This document shows, in pieces, positions 39,554 through 53,789 of a stretch of DNA of 64,000 nucleotides. The translations under genes and the position numbers were made by a program. The stretch spans positions 17,980,001 through 18,044,000 of the forward strand of contig NC_087247.1 of assembly GCF_037042905.1 (NCBI RefSeq), in the 5' to 3' direction. The notes beneath the pieces are model-generated. The model was given only the letters and a program-made list of their open reading frames with translations, had not been told where the DNA came from and searched no databases. Origin of the DNA: Lytechinus pictus. Lineage: Eukaryota. The first letter of the stretch is position 1. Every line of letters starts with the position of its first letter.

Positions 39554-42068
39554 CCACAGAGTAGCCCTTTCAGTTAGCAAACTGATTTACAAAGGGGCCC
39601 TGCAACATGATAAAAAACCATACAAATTAGATAATACAATATAAATATGAAATAGATTGAAAATAATATATACATACAGTAACAAATATACAATATGAAA
39701 AAGAGTTTTTTAATGTCAAGATTTCCCATTCTGTATACAGTGTATAGCATTCACCGTTAGCCTATTGTCTGCTGCTTTGTTGGGAATATGGAATGCTTGT
39801 TTGTCGGTAATCCGTAGAAATTAAACATGTTTTCATGCAACATTTTCTCGACCATACATCATTTATATTTTGTTTTTATGTCTCATATGACAACAAAAAA
39901 ATTGGTTATTTAAGTTATGAACTTTGTTTTCTCAATAAATAGCAGTAATAGCCAGAAATCTCACTCAAAATTGTAATTTGCTCGTGCGGTTGAAAATTTG
40001 CTAGCACCACTTTCAATTTGTTCTAACTCAATCATGGGTGCATTATGAACGTTGAGATGGGCCAATTTATGATTATGTCAGCAAAACTTTCACTGAATAA
40101 CGGTCTCGTTTTTTTTCTGGTACGCATTGTATAATTACCCCCAAATTACGTTATATTTTCCACATGAGGCCATTGCCAAACTCTAAAAAGAAATCAACTA
40201 TTAAACCATGGAGCTATTATCTATGATTAAACGATAGTAGATTTAGTTGGAACTTCTAACTATTGGACAATAGTTTGTAGTTCCAACTAAACCTGATATT
40301 CTCATACAAATTGCTTTAAACTGATTTGACTAAACGGTATGCTGAAACCTTAACTATTAATCACACAAGTATGCATTCTAATATAAATCACAATATCGTC
40401 ACCGCGCCTTAATCACCATCTACCCATGCGTTTCAGTCTTATGTACCAATCTGAGAATATGTTGCATATGGTACTGTATGAAAAATTTTAATAAACTAAT
40501 CTTACTTTAATTGTTAGAAAGTCATGATAGCGTGCATTCCGTCCCAGAAATTTCTCAAAACTATTGCGTATGAATATTAATTATCTTGAAATACCAATAT
40601 TTATTTGAAATTTCATACTTTATATATACCATTGGCCTATGACGATTTAACAAAAATGGAAATGATATAATGAATATGCAAGAAGAAAGTTGCCCAACGA
40701 AAATTCCCATACTCTTGCATGTATGACCATGGGAATGAAAGAAATGACCTAGTAAATAACAATGAGGATCGTTTGTGACGAAATTACCCTATTATCTGAT
40801 GCCCTTTCTGAAATTTACCCAACTACGGGGCCAAAATGTCCCCAACTCTCATTACCACATGATGCTGGTAATCATTGTCCAATATTTGAGTAAACATAAC
40901 GGTCCAATAATGGTTAAATTACAGGAATGCTCAACTCAGAATTGATTGCCCATTATCATGATATACTTTTGCCAACCAAAAACATACCAACTAAATTCAC
41001 CCAACTTTTTACTAGTGTATATATGGAAAGCGGTCTTCATTCCCTTGTGATTATTTCAGCAATGATCATCCAGTGCTAGACATTTTCTTTACATAAAATT
41101 TGACATGCAAATAAAAACAACGAAATGATTATCACTCTCTAAATGGCCAAACGGCATAATTATTTTTCATAACTGCTATGGGAGCCCCGTTTGTACGGCC
41201 CTGCCATTATAATTAACATTAAGAGCCAAAAGAGTAGGCCAATTACTCGGGCTAATGTTATAATTTCTATTCGATTTGGCGGGAAACGGGTGATTTTGTT
41301 CTTCTGATATACTATGGTGACAAGGACGTTAAAAGGGACATTAAAAATGTCTCTCTGCTGAAACATCATAGAAATCATTCGAATTCTGAGTCTTTAGTTG
41401 CCTCAAATTTCCATAAATTCATTTCCGAGTACTGGAAAAAAATGCCAGTATCGATCCAAAACATGATTAATTTTTAAATCATGAGGATTTTATAACTTTA
41501 CTATCTGTCCTTTTTATTCACCTTTTTTCAGAAAAATTAGTAAAAGGAAGAGAAATTGTCCTCTTACCACTCACATCATGATTGACTTAAATCTGCCCGA
41601 ATATCATGAATATTGTTATAAATAAATACAGTTTATTTGTAAACAGTTCGGTACACATAGGCTATTTCTATCTGGCATATCGCGCCTTGTCAAATCAGAA
41701 CGCAATGTATGCCGATGTGGCTGATATTAAGTATTTTCCAACGAATAAAGATAGGATGATTAGATTGTTTTCAAAATTGACAAATTTCTGTAATAGCGAC
41801 GATTAGAATATTTTGATTTGTTTCATTTTACTTCAACACGGTAAAAAAAAGCCCTCGATCATCCAATGGCTGGTTTTCAGAGACGCCGTGCTTATTATAC
41901 GAGTAAAAGAAAAAAAAGGTGTGTCACTTTTTATCCTAACAAATGCGGATGACTGTAAATAGAAAATTACAATAAATGATTAGCATTCAAGTGAACTGTC
42001 ACGGAGTAGTGTATTCTCTAGCTAAACTCAATCAAAAGGAATGTTTATCTAAAATCCAGCAAGGTAAG

Positions 42069-42145
42069 AGACCTTTGCATGAATATATGCAAAGCCGTGA
42101 AACTTTTAAAGTTTCACGGCTTTGCATATATTCATGCAAAGGTCT
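42069..42145. repeat. Perfect palindrome, 38-bp arms with 1-nt spacer
   Basis: agacctttgcatgaatatatgcaaagccgtgaaacttt-t-aaagtttcacggctttgcatatattcatgcaaaggtct. Confidence 0.95.
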
Positions 42146-44355
42146 TACGCATTCACAATATATTATTTTCTTTCCCCATGTGTTTGCGTTTTTAAAGTGG
42201 ATTTATGAGTTGATGAGAAGGAAATTTATAATTGTAGAGTGTGCATGGGTGTGTGTGTGCGTGGGTGAGGGTGGGTGTGTGGGAGGGTGTATATATGTGG
42301 GCGTGCATAGGATGCAATATTCAACGTTAAGAGAGCCTATAATCTTATGATATTGACTGGTCATAAAGGATCTGATTGGAAGCCACGACAGACGAAGCAA
42401 TGTGAATGTGAATTTCACGTTCGTGCCACGGCAATATAGGCCTAATATATTTGAGAACCGCCCATTGTGATTCTAGAGACAATAGGCATGATAGGTGAGA
42501 TTAATGCAAAACTAATAACAAAAACAATGATAACACTTCGACGATCTAGATGGTGTTTCGTGGCGGTTCGGCTGTCCGCCGTGTAAGCATCGTGAATAAA
42601 CCCTATAGTCATCTGTCTCTCATCGGCCGCAAACCTCGAGAATCGCAGGGAACATCCAAAACATTATGTATAAGTGATTGAATGCATAGTTCTTATAGTG
42701 TTGTTCTTGGCATGGAGCTTCTGTAGTTTGATAATAATACAACACTATACCATGTCTACTCGCTACAATATTTCAGGAATATGCGGAAAGGAAACGAATG
42801 CAACAGATAAGGAGAACAAGAATAAAGTAATCATTTAGTTCTTGGTGGTATGGATGGCAATTACTACTTCTACTTTTCTCGCTCGCGGCTCTCACCTTAT
42901 GTGTCATCTTTATTCAAAACACATTAGTGAAATTAAAGAAGAATACAGAAGAGTAAATCAGAAGCGAATTCACCGGGGCGAGGTGGGCCTTGCCCCCTTT
43001 TTTTCACTTGGAATGATATTGATATACGCCACTGAGTCGTTAAGCAATATGTTGACAAATAGCTAAATAATCGACACAATAAGGGCGGCGCTAGAGGGAG
43101 CAGGGGCGACCACCTCTAAGTTTTTCTAGGTAACATGAAAGAAAAAAAAACAGGGAGAAATATTATTGAAGGAAGAAAGAAAGAAGAAAATAGTATAAGA
43201 TAAGAAAGTAATGGGTCTTGTAACGTTTCATTACTCCCGTTTCCAATTGAGAGAGAAAACAAATTAAAAAAAAGGGCATTTCAAAATCATAATCAATGTC
43301 GCAATATGTCCAGTTGTCAAAAAGTCAGGTCGGAGAAAACATAAATTCAATGAAATATACTAAGTTGAGAACTACACTTGTTTATGACAATAATCCTTTT
43401 ATTATTTACTCGTTTATTCATTTATTTGTTTTTTGTTAATTTACTTTTATTAATTCATTTTTATGTTTTTATGTTATTTCATTGTAATCTATACTTTTTT
43501 TAAATTTCAGTTTTATTTCATTTTCCTTTTTTTAGTTGTTCATTTTTTTCTATTTTCGGAGGGGGGAGAGTTAGTAGCTCCCCCAATATAAGCCAGTACA
43601 CATGACTACGACTGCAGACCACTGTTTAGGATCACCTTATACGCACTCGTTGTATGTAAAGTTGTGTCAAAGTGAAACGTGACATTTTTATCAACACCTT
43701 AATGGAGTATCTATTCCATTCCCCGATTATTAGCATATAGAAAGTCTCATCAAAGTGATGTCACTCATAAAGCTTTGTCTAAGACCAATACGCTACGCAC
43801 CCCCCCTTCACTGGTGATGCTTCTTTATAATGTAGAGAGATCGATCATGACCTACAAGATGATTTTTTTTTATCTTTAAAAAAAATGAAAAGCTGTCTCG
43901 ACGAATAATCAATTTGAACCATGTATTGCACATTTTAACTAACGAGGTGTCTATCTACTTTGGATTACTTCTCGAAGATGAACGTGTTAATCACGAGAGA
44001 TTATCTTGCTAGAAATAGCACCGTCATGGCCCGTATTGCTTCTCTTCTCTGTTAAACCAACATCGACATGACAAAATTGATCTAGTTTAAATCGTCTAAA
44101 TCATAGGGAAAACTCTGAAATGTGTTAATATATTATCGCCAAAGGCAATAACTTAATATATTTTTAACTTAAGTACGGAATTAATGAGATGGCAGATTTG
44201 ATCCTGTTTAAATTTGCTGCTTAGCGGTTATTCACAGGAAGATCTCAGATATACGACAGAAGGCAGAGAAAGTTTAAGGAAGCATACTGCGCATGTCTGT
44301 TCTTTTTCTTCTGAGCGTTGATTTTTTATCTGGATCCGCGATCCCGTTTTCATCC

Positions 44356-47089
44356 TAGTCCAGGATAGAAGAGGCATAACCTTGTTTTTTCATATGTACA
44401 ATATTTTTTGATGGTTTCTTGTCAATTCGAGGGTACTGATTACGAATCTGCATGATGCAACTCGTGTAACCTTGAGCATTTTCCGCAAATTGGCAAAATC
44501 CGATATGGCCGCCAAAATATGCATATTACCCATGAAAATCATAAAATTGCCAGCAAATTGGCCATAAAATGTATGTAATTGTATTGCAGGAGTGAAATAC
44601 TCTCTGAAAAAAAAAAACATTTTTGACAAAATATTTATTCATTGATATTCAAAATGGCCGCCACAGACCTCTGTATACCCTATTACGTACAATATGAATA
44701 GGGAAAATTAATTTTTCACAAAAAAAGATCATTAAACTGTAAGTAATTGTGATCTATGGACGAAGTAATAAATGAAAATCATCCATGCTAACATGATGTA
44801 TCACTTATTATGTCATGTATGGGAAAATTGTTGTATTTAATATTCAAAATAGCTGCCACTGGCCCAAATAGTATTATTTTCTATGGCAAGGGGCCAACAA
44901 AAATCGCAAAAGTGAGCACTAAAATGCATATTATTAAGAGAAACGAGTGGAATACTGACTGAAAACACAATTGCTAAAGCAATATATTATTCAATATGCC
45001 ATGTATGCGATAAATGCTGTATTTTGATATTCAAAATGCCTCCAAAGGCCCTAACAGATGAGAAAGAGGACCAAAGAAATTACAAGAGTGAGCACTGATA
45101 ATTCATCAATTTGTGATGAATAAATGGCATACTGTCTAAAAAAAACACATAATTTTTAACGAAATATATCATTCAGGTTTAAAGTTTGTGTTTATTACTG
45201 TATTTTGACTTTCAAAATGGCCGCCATAGACATTGATTGTATTATGTACAATGCGAACTAGAAAATACATTTTGATCTATGAGTAAAATGTTGTCTGAAA
45301 GCATAATTTCTAACAAGATACATCAGTTCTTCTGCCGGTTAGGGGATAAATACTGTATTTTGAAAGTCAAAATGGCCGCTACAGGCCCCAACAGTATTAT
45401 ATGCAATGTGAATGGGACAAATGATTTTAACAGATTTTGGCTTTGCTTGACTAAATGGTGTTGTATGAGTGAAATATTGTCTGAAAACATTATTACTAAC
45501 GAAATATATTATATCATCTAAAATGTAGGTGATAAATGTTATATTTCAAAATTCTAAATGGCCTCCATATGCCCTTTAGTGAAAATTATCTGTCCTCATT
45601 CAAATTGTACATTATACAATAAGGGCCAATGGCGGCGATTTTCCTTTTCAGAATGCAGCATTTATCACCTTAAATGCACCATATATGATATACCTCGTTA
45701 GGAACCATTGTTTTAGACAATATTTCACTCTTACGTTACAATTATATACAATTCTTAAGTTATAGTCAAGCAAAGCCAAATTCTGTCAAAATTATATGTC
45801 CCAAATTACAATGTACATGAAACTTTTAGGACCTATGGCAGCCATTTTGAATTTCAAAGTACAGCATTTATTACCTCCATGACCAATATGTGATGTTTTT
45901 ATTTAGAAATCATGTTTAAGACAGTATTTCTACTTATACATCACAGTTACATGCATTTTATGGCCCACTCTTGTAAAAAAGTAGATTCCATATACGCATG
46001 TAACATAATTTAGTTAGGGCTTGTATCAGCTATTTTGTATGCTAAAATACAGTATTTATCACTTACATGGCAGAAGAAATGTTATATTTCATAAAAATCA
46101 TGTTTTCAATAATGTTTTATCATACAACAGGATTTTATGGATTTCATAGTCAAGTAAATCCAAATTCTTTCAAAATTACATGTCCCCATTAACCGTGTAT
46201 ATAATACTGTTAGGGCCTATAGGGGCCATTTTGAATTTCACAATACAGCATTTATCTCATGCATGACAAAAGAAATGATAATTTTCGCTAGAAAACATGT
46301 TTTCAGACATTATTTTACTCGGTAATCACAATTACATGCATTTTATAGTTCTTACTCTTGTGAAAATTAATTTCTCCATCGCATTGTACAAAATGTATAA
46401 TGGGCCTATATATGGCGGCCATTTTGAATGTCAAAATACATTTATCACATAAATTGCATTTATATTTCGTTAAAAATTCTGTTTTTAGCCAGTATTACCC
46501 TCGCTTATGCATTTTAATACTCACTCTTGTGATTTTCTTTCGTCCCCATTAACATTGTACATAATACTGTCAGGGAATTTGGTGGCTTTTTGAATATTAA
46601 AATGCTTCATTTATTACATACATGACATAAAAAATGATACATTTCGTTAGCAATCATGTTTTCATCCATTATTTCATTAAAAATCACAATTACTTGCATT
46701 TAGTGCTCACCTTTTGTGAAATTTAGTTTCCCCCATTCATATTGTACATAATATAGAATACAGGGGTCTATGGCGGCCAATTTGAATATCTAGAAAATTT
46801 TGTTTTTTTGGTCAAAAATCGTTTTTTCAGAGAGTATTTCACTCCTGCAACACAAATACATACATTTTATAACCAATACGCGGGCAATTTTATGATTTTC
46901 AAGGGTAATTTGCATATTTTGGCGGCCATATTGGATTTTGCCAATTTGCGGAAAATGCTCAAGGTTACACGAGTGGCATTATTCGGATTCTTAATCAGCA
47001 CCATCGAATTGACAAGAAACCATCAAAAAATATTGTATATATGAAAAAACAAGGTTTGGTCATTTTTCTATGGGGCCTATCCTGGACTA
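44356..47089. mobile_element. 2.7-kb foldback-type non-autonomous DNA transposon
   Basis: Termini tagtccaggatag / ctatcctggacta; ~270-bp highly similar outer arms (mirror ORFs 44390-44629 and 46808-47044); internal ~150-190-bp modules with caaaatggccgcc switch strand near 45580. Confidence 0.85.
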
Positions 47090-47155
47090 CAAGGTCGAAT
47101 TATAGATTGGAGACGGTCAGTTTGGTAAGTATTAAATGAGCTTATTATATAATTA

Positions 47156-47447
47156 GGCAGTGTTCGCAATCGCGACGGGGGCGGATTCTACAACGTAGAA
47201 AATCTATTGTCAAAAAGCCCTTCGTGACAAAGCAGTCTTTGACGAAAATATGTGAATCAAAACAGCAGTTTTGTCCTGGAATCTGGACAAAGGAAATATT
47301 TGCCATTTTCGTTAGCTCAGAATCTAACGTCCCGGTTCACCAATTTTTTACAAAGAGCTTTCAGCTGTTCGTTGCGATTTGACGGGAATTTTTCAATAGA
47401 TTTTCTATTTTATAGAATCCGTCATCCTCGCGATTGAGAAAACTCGT
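47156..47447. mobile_element. ~300-bp MITE family member
   Basis: TIR cgcaatcgcgacgggggcggattcta / tagaatccgtcatcctcgcgattgag. Confidence 0.75.
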
Positions 47448-47933
47448 TATTATTCCGAAAACACGGACCTCAAAATTAGGCAAAATCGACGGCTATCGAA
47501 AGGATCAAGATGATTTTAATCTAACAGCATCATCAACAAAATTTCTTTCAATTCTTGAAGCGTTTTGAATTAAATATGACACTTATTCTTAGATTCAAAT
47601 GAATCAAATTCTTGAGATGTGTCGTGATAAAATATTTGTGTCACCAAAAACAAAATGCGACGTATAGCATAATCCTTTTTGATTTTCATGGTGTATTTTG
47701 CAACCCTTTTACCATTGAAAATCTTGCATTTTTGGTTTTAACATGAGGAAGTTTTTTTTAATTTCACGATGCATGACGAATTTAAGAACACAGTAAATGC
47801 ATTGACAATGTACGTCAAAGGACAACAAACAGCTGGGAAGTCTTTGTCGGAAATTGGTGAATCGAAACAGCAGCTTCAACCTACGTTTCGCAGCTGACGA
47901 AAAATTGCAAATATGTTTGTCCAGAGTCTCGGA

Positions 47934-48189
47934 CTTTGCCGTACGCAGCGGGGAAAGGGGGCAGTTGCCCCTCCCCTGACCTGATATTTTGAAAACTTAC
48001 AATCTGTTTATTGAAAATCTTTAAAGAAATTAAGCCAAAGGGTGCATGAAATCCTTCAATTTCACTTCAGAAAATGCAAAAATGCCCCAACGAAAAGCTT
48101 GGTCGCTAAGCTCTCTAAATTTCGAGTTTCTTCGAAAATTTATACGCGCTCGCCCCCTCCCCAAGAAAAAAAATTTGCGTACAGCCATG
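47934..48189. mobile_element. hAT-like MITE nested in an older MITE
   Basis: ctttgccgtacgcag / ttgcgtacagccatg; degenerate TSD gtctcgga/gtccagga. Confidence 0.65.
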
Positions 48190-49681
48190 GTCCAGGACCA
48201 TGATTCATCAATTTTCGACGGACTTTTTGGTTGTCAATTTTCATTTGACGGGCATTAGACAATACATTTTCTATTCTTGAAACCGTCATGGAAGAAAAAA
48301 ATCTCTACCATTATTTTACTAGGTAATCCCTAATAATCCAATATAATAAACCGGGAACAATATTTTCAACATAGGCTTGAGTACTATGCTTTTGTGCTTG
48401 GGTTGATTCGAAACCAACCGATTTCGGCGTGATTTAACGAAGACTTTAATACGAGAACAGAGCAATGCCAATCTTTTTAAATAAGTGCATTCAACTGATC
48501 TGTACACTAACAGTTAGTATACAAATCACAAATGCATGACATTGTCTTAAAGCAAGAACAAAATGAATACCCCTCATATGAATGATGTCAACATTAATTA
48601 ACATCAGTTGCAAGAAGGTGGAGATTAAGCACACTAAAGAAAGAGGGAGGAGAAAGGTAGAAATGAGAGCACCGATAAAAATATAATTCTATATATCATG
48701 TGCATGTAATGAATGCTTAATCACTTAGTTTGGCGAGAACTACATAAGAAAGGCAGCAGAAAGTTTAAGATTACAATACCATGCTTTAATCGAATCTCAT
48801 TCACAAAATATACTTTCTGTACACGATAAAGAAAGCTTGATTCTCACATAATCGTTCAATGATATACATACAACACTTTCATTGACATGACTTTAAACAT
48901 ATGCATAATCATTTAATTCCCAGCAGCATTTCAAATGAAAATATGCCAGAAAAGGGTAGCTATCTACATTGCAAAAAGGTATTCATCGAAACTAGATACA
49001 AATATTATTTGAAGATCAATATATATATATATAGGTCCCTGGCAGGAAAAGTGTGACACTAAATGCCAATAGCAGGCCAAACAAATGTAGTGTATACAGA
49101 CATAAGAAATAATCCATGACAATATATATATGAAGAAGGAAAGGAAAATGTTGAGTATGGGGAAATGGAAGCGGAGAACAAGCCTAAAAACGGGTGAAGT
49201 TACATTGTCGAATACAATTCAAACATTTATCATAAAGGGATCAACGGCATATCTGTCATGAAAAGGAACCTTGCAAATGAATACGCCATGGATTACATAT
49301 AGCATCTGCGGAAAAAACGACAACAAGAAGAACATTATGAAATAATAACGCTGATAGTAATAATAACAATGATGATGATGAAACAAAATAATAACTTCAA
49401 TCTAAAAAAATAATTTGTTTTTAAATACTTTTTGGAAGCTCTGCATGACAGATTATTCCTAAATAATATCATATCTGATCCACAGCCAAATCAATTCATT
49501 ATCATTATTCCATTCAAATAATGTAAATTTATTAAAATCAATAGTTTTACTCTATTTGTGAAGAAATATGGAATAACATCCTGAAATTTATGTATTGATA
49601 CTTCGTGACCCTGAAGTTATTTTCATTGTTGAATATCCACTGCGGTGTTCATGGGTGCCTCATTACATGTGCAAGGACCAG

Positions 49682-49837
49682 GGGCCCGTTTCATAAAGGA
49701 CTTGCAACTGTTGTAACTTTGCCATTATGGCAACTACCATAGTAACCTTGATTATGATTGACTGCTGAGGCCTGTTACCATGGTAGTTGCCATTATGACA
49801 AGTGACAACAGTTGCAAGTCCTTTATGAAACGGGCCC
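49682..49837. mobile_element. PIF/Harbinger-like MITE
   Basis: CAG|gggcccgtttcataaaggacttgcaactgttgt ... acaacagttgcaagtcctttatgaaacgggccc|CAG. Confidence 0.9.
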
Positions 49838-50720
49838 CAGTTTTAGGAAATACCTGAAAGAAAAAACGAGTCTTGAATTTTTCGATGAACAATCTCGAAA
49901 CCGCAGGGAAAGACACAACGGAACAAGACAGAGGATGGTTATTCTTTTGGCTTTCAAATATTCACTTATCGATATCCCTTTCAACTTTCGGTTGCAGAAC
50001 GTGCAGAGAGCTTATGATTTTGTGAAACTCTAGGAAAAAGAAAACAGCTGCAGTTATCAAGAAGATGTGTGAAAGTGGAGATAAATTTCACCTCCGAAAT
50101 ATCGGTTTAACGTTGGGACCTTTTTACATTTACACCCTGAACGTGACTTAAATAGCTGTATTTCTTCAACTTTACATGCCTACTTGTCGAACATACATTA
50201 AATTTAATGAATGAAATATTTGTTGCAGATTTTGGCATTTTTTCTCAAAGTTTTACTAGATTCGGACTTTCAAAGCAAGAAGCTGTATTGTTTGGATTCA
50301 TTTATACCTTTTCTTCTCTGTTAAGGGATCATTTCTATTTTGGATATTCAAAACAAGTAAATTGACAAGATGAAACATTAAAATTCTATCGTCTTTTCAC
50401 ACAGTCAAAACAAACTTAAACAACCTGTGTGCACTTTATACGACCTAGTTTAAACTTATCGGCTGTACTTTAAGAGCTCATATAAATTTTTGATTTAATT
50501 TAATTCAATTTCGTTTATTTCCATTTCCAACAATTACAATAATTCGATTTCTATCGTTTATCTTGACAACAATAAACATACTATATTAGAAGAAAAATAT
50601 TAACAGGGTGAAACAGGTGTGTAATGAAGGAGGCCTCCAATTAAAACACTCAATAGTATAGACATAAACATTAATAACTTAAGTACCAGAAAATGACAAT
50701 TAGAACATTACACCATTAAA

Positions 50721-50916
50721 GGTGACATGGCCGAGTGGTCAAAGGCGCCTAACTAGACACATGAATGTCCGGGGTTCGATCCCGGCCATGGCACTTATGT
50801 GAGCAAGGCATTTATTCAACTAGTGCTCTTCTATCCTGAAATGAAATAAATAGAAATGCTATACGCATTCTTTTCAACTATGTGTGCATTTGTTTTTTAA
50901 TAAAAGAAAATAAAAA
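50721..50916 (+). mobile_element. tRNA-derived SINE
   Basis: A box tggccgagtgg, B box ggttcgatcc, body gagcaaggcattt, A-rich tail; anticodon arm does not fold. Confidence 0.75.
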
Positions 50917-51567
50917 CAGTTGACTAACATAAAAAATATCAATGAAGATATTAAAAAACTATCTAATGTTTTGAAATTTGAAAGGAAAATATGCTACAAC
51001 ATTAGATAATTTTATTGTGTAAGAATCATGAAGACATGAACTATTACAAAATCTTTTAATTTTTAAATTTTGCATGGCTGGATCACACAGCTATGGCAAT
51101 CGGGACAAAATGTGTATATTCATCCCTTTCTTTAAAATCTAGATAACCTTAGATATATTACGACATGGTATATGACCACGTCATATCAACCCACCCAATG
51201 GCATTTCTTCCTGCTCTCCAGGAAATTATGAATACGTCTCTTTGCTCAGAATACAAGACATAAAGTTCCATCTTTATTCCAGTAGTAAGAAACATGATAT
51301 GAGTGAGTAAATAATATTATATATCACACACACGTTTCGAATAATGTACATTCAGCAATTACTTCTTCCAACCCGCCAGCCACGTATTCTATTGAAAATG
51401 AATAAAAACAACAAAATACCGATGCAGTTCCAAAAATATGAAGAAGGAAATGTGATAAAAAAAGGCAGCGCTTCAATCGATATTTCCATCGAACATAATC
51501 GTCTGGGGTTTCCTGAAAGAAGGATTACGTCATTGAAAGATGGAGTACATGGGGACGTGACCCCTCC

Positions 51568-51714
51568 TCAACGGTTGAATATATTTAAATGCAGCAGCTC
51601 TTCCTCGTAGTATGAGAGTAGAAACATGATGGCCCAGCCAACCAATAAACCGATATTTTGACAGATAAAAACTGCCAGCTTGGATCTCTTTTCGGATTTT
51701 TCGTTGAGCGCCAT
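51568..51714 (-). CDS. ZIP zinc transporter (LIV-1 family, SLC39A12/4-like), last coding exon (TM8)
   Basis: Acceptor ...aatcgacag; MALNEKSEKRSKLAVFICQNIGLLVGWAIMFLLSYYEEELLHLNIFNR*; matches the QNxGLLxGW..LL..YE motif. Confidence 0.9.
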   Translation of the reverse strand: MALNEKSEKRSKLAVFICQNIGLLVGWAIMFLLSYYEEELLHLNIFNR

Positions 51715-53566
51715 CTGTCGATTACATTTCATACACAAAAAGAAAAGAGAAATAATACGTGATAAGAATTTTGAATCGACAATCTACGATCATCGATACC
51801 AATTCTTCGGAAAGAAATCATATCATGTGGAAATCTTAGTGCGGTTTTAATTACATATTCCCTGATGTAAACTTATGATGAATTTCAATTCAAATCAATG
51901 CATTCAATGATATTGATCATATTCACCAAACATATTTTAAGTTGCATCTGAATCAACATGGCTTCACTTTTCAACGAAAGGATTTTGATCAAACTCAATC
52001 AGTGGTAGTAGAACCGTTCCTATATTAACTTTTGTTTAAACATTAAGTGAAGCCATGCATTAACGAGTACACATCAAAGACAAGTTTGCCACTTTTCGAA
52101 GAGTAATTTAAATGATTTATTTCGTCAAACTTCTTATTGGTAAAGGTTTAAAGATGATGTATCACTAAATCCATCCAGATTATTGAGGCATCAAGATAAT
52201 TGAGGCAAATAAAACAAAAATGTTCCCCAAGAAAGAATTATTGTATAAACATCCATTGGGGATAAACACAAGAGATAACTTCAATCAAGTGCTGTAAGTT
52301 GTTCAGATTTCTTGTCACGGCCGGGAAAGGGGAGGGGTATTTTACGGGACACGCCCCTCCCGGTATTGCTGTCTACAATCTGCTGTTTTCTCTCCCTCTT
52401 GTAGCCCTTTTCTTTCCCCTTTTATAGCCTTTTATAGCCGTTTTGTAGCCCTTAAAAAACGGAAAAAGATTGAGAATTTTGTCAATGTAGATTTCTCCTT
52501 TGAAATTAGTACATGAAATGGCTTCAAAACGGATAATTTTTTTCAATTAGATTTCTCCATAGACATTAGTACATGAAGTGGCTACAAACAGCAAAGGTTG
52601 TCTATTTTGTGCAGCTTTAATCACTGTGGTTGCTTTCTGTGTAGTTATTATGGTTGAGTGAGCACATATGAAATGAACGAAATAAACAGTGAAACTTCAG
52701 CCTTTAATGTGTGCTTACTCAGGCATGACCTAACGAACCGGTATTATATATTTCACAGAAATCTAAGTAAGTCAAAAAGTCTAACATGTCATAATATATT
52801 TTTTTAATAATGAAAAGTTATGCCATTTCTATGTAGGGAATATTTTATATCTGCGTTATAAAAAAACAAGTATTTACAAAGAGAAGCAGCTGATGAACAA
52901 AGCAAAACAAATAACATACTCGCATGTTAAGTATCTGATAGGCCTATTGCTGGAAGGCCGACCTCTCATCTTTAAAAAATCTATATGCTTTTTGACCTAA
53001 TTTCTGCCAAAAACAAACAATTGCCGCATTGGAGACTGTTCCACAAAGTAATAATTATAATTTCATCTAAATTTCCTGCAAATATAAAGAAATTTGCCAT
53101 GTTCTTTCTCTCAACACCCGCCCTCCCGAAAAAAGGTAATAAATATATCATACCTCTTGTAGCCAGCTATGTCTATTACTCATCGCTGGTGATCTCTTCA
53201 ACGAAGTCGACGATGATCCGTGAGAGTGACCATGACCATGATCATCTTTCCGTAACATTCCACCAAACTAAAAAACAAAGGAAGCAAATAAAAAGAAATA
53301 CATATAAGTGCAATGGTTCATTACGTCATGTACGTTGAGGTCAATGTTCTAAATATGGGGAGCCAAAATGACCAGTACCTACTTACCTATCCTTTTAAAA
53401 GCATATTTTTTGTATACATATTAGTATTATTATTACTATTATAAATATTAGTATTATCATTATTATTTATTAATCCCCGTAACTTAAAGTCACGAAAATC
53501 TTCCTCGGAGACCACACAGATTGACCTCACTGAGTCAATACAGTTCACATCAACCAAACACACTAA

Positions 53567-53789
53567 GGGGGTGTTGCAAGAAAATATTTGCAATCAATTG
53601 CAAATATTCTGTTGCAATTTTACAACTGATAGAGAAATTTTAGCTATAGCAAATCAGATTACACTCCTTGTTTCAATGAAGGAGCAGATAAGCAATCAAT
53701 CAAGAATTTGCAATTATTTGCAAGACAAATAATTGATTTAGGGACCCCAAAAGGCTTGCAATTGATCGCAAGTTTCTTGCAATGCCCCA
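53567..53789. mobile_element. PIF/Harbinger-like MITE in ZIP intron
   Basis: TAA|gggggtgttgcaagaaa ... tttcttgcaatgcccca|TAA. Confidence 0.8.

Noticed and set aside
44390-47044. Pair of similar 78-79-aa ORFs on opposite strands
   Set aside because: They are the two TIR arms of the foldback element, not duplicated genes
50721-50795. Functional tRNA gene
   Set aside because: A and B boxes present but the anticodon arm does not pair and a SINE body and tail follow
52719-52729. Apparent micro-exon ag|GTCATGCCTGA|gtaagc encoding V-M-P-E that could restore the ZIP 'PE' motif
   Set aside because: 11 nt long; it would shift the last exon out of the frame encoding TM8, and the spacing is already correct without it
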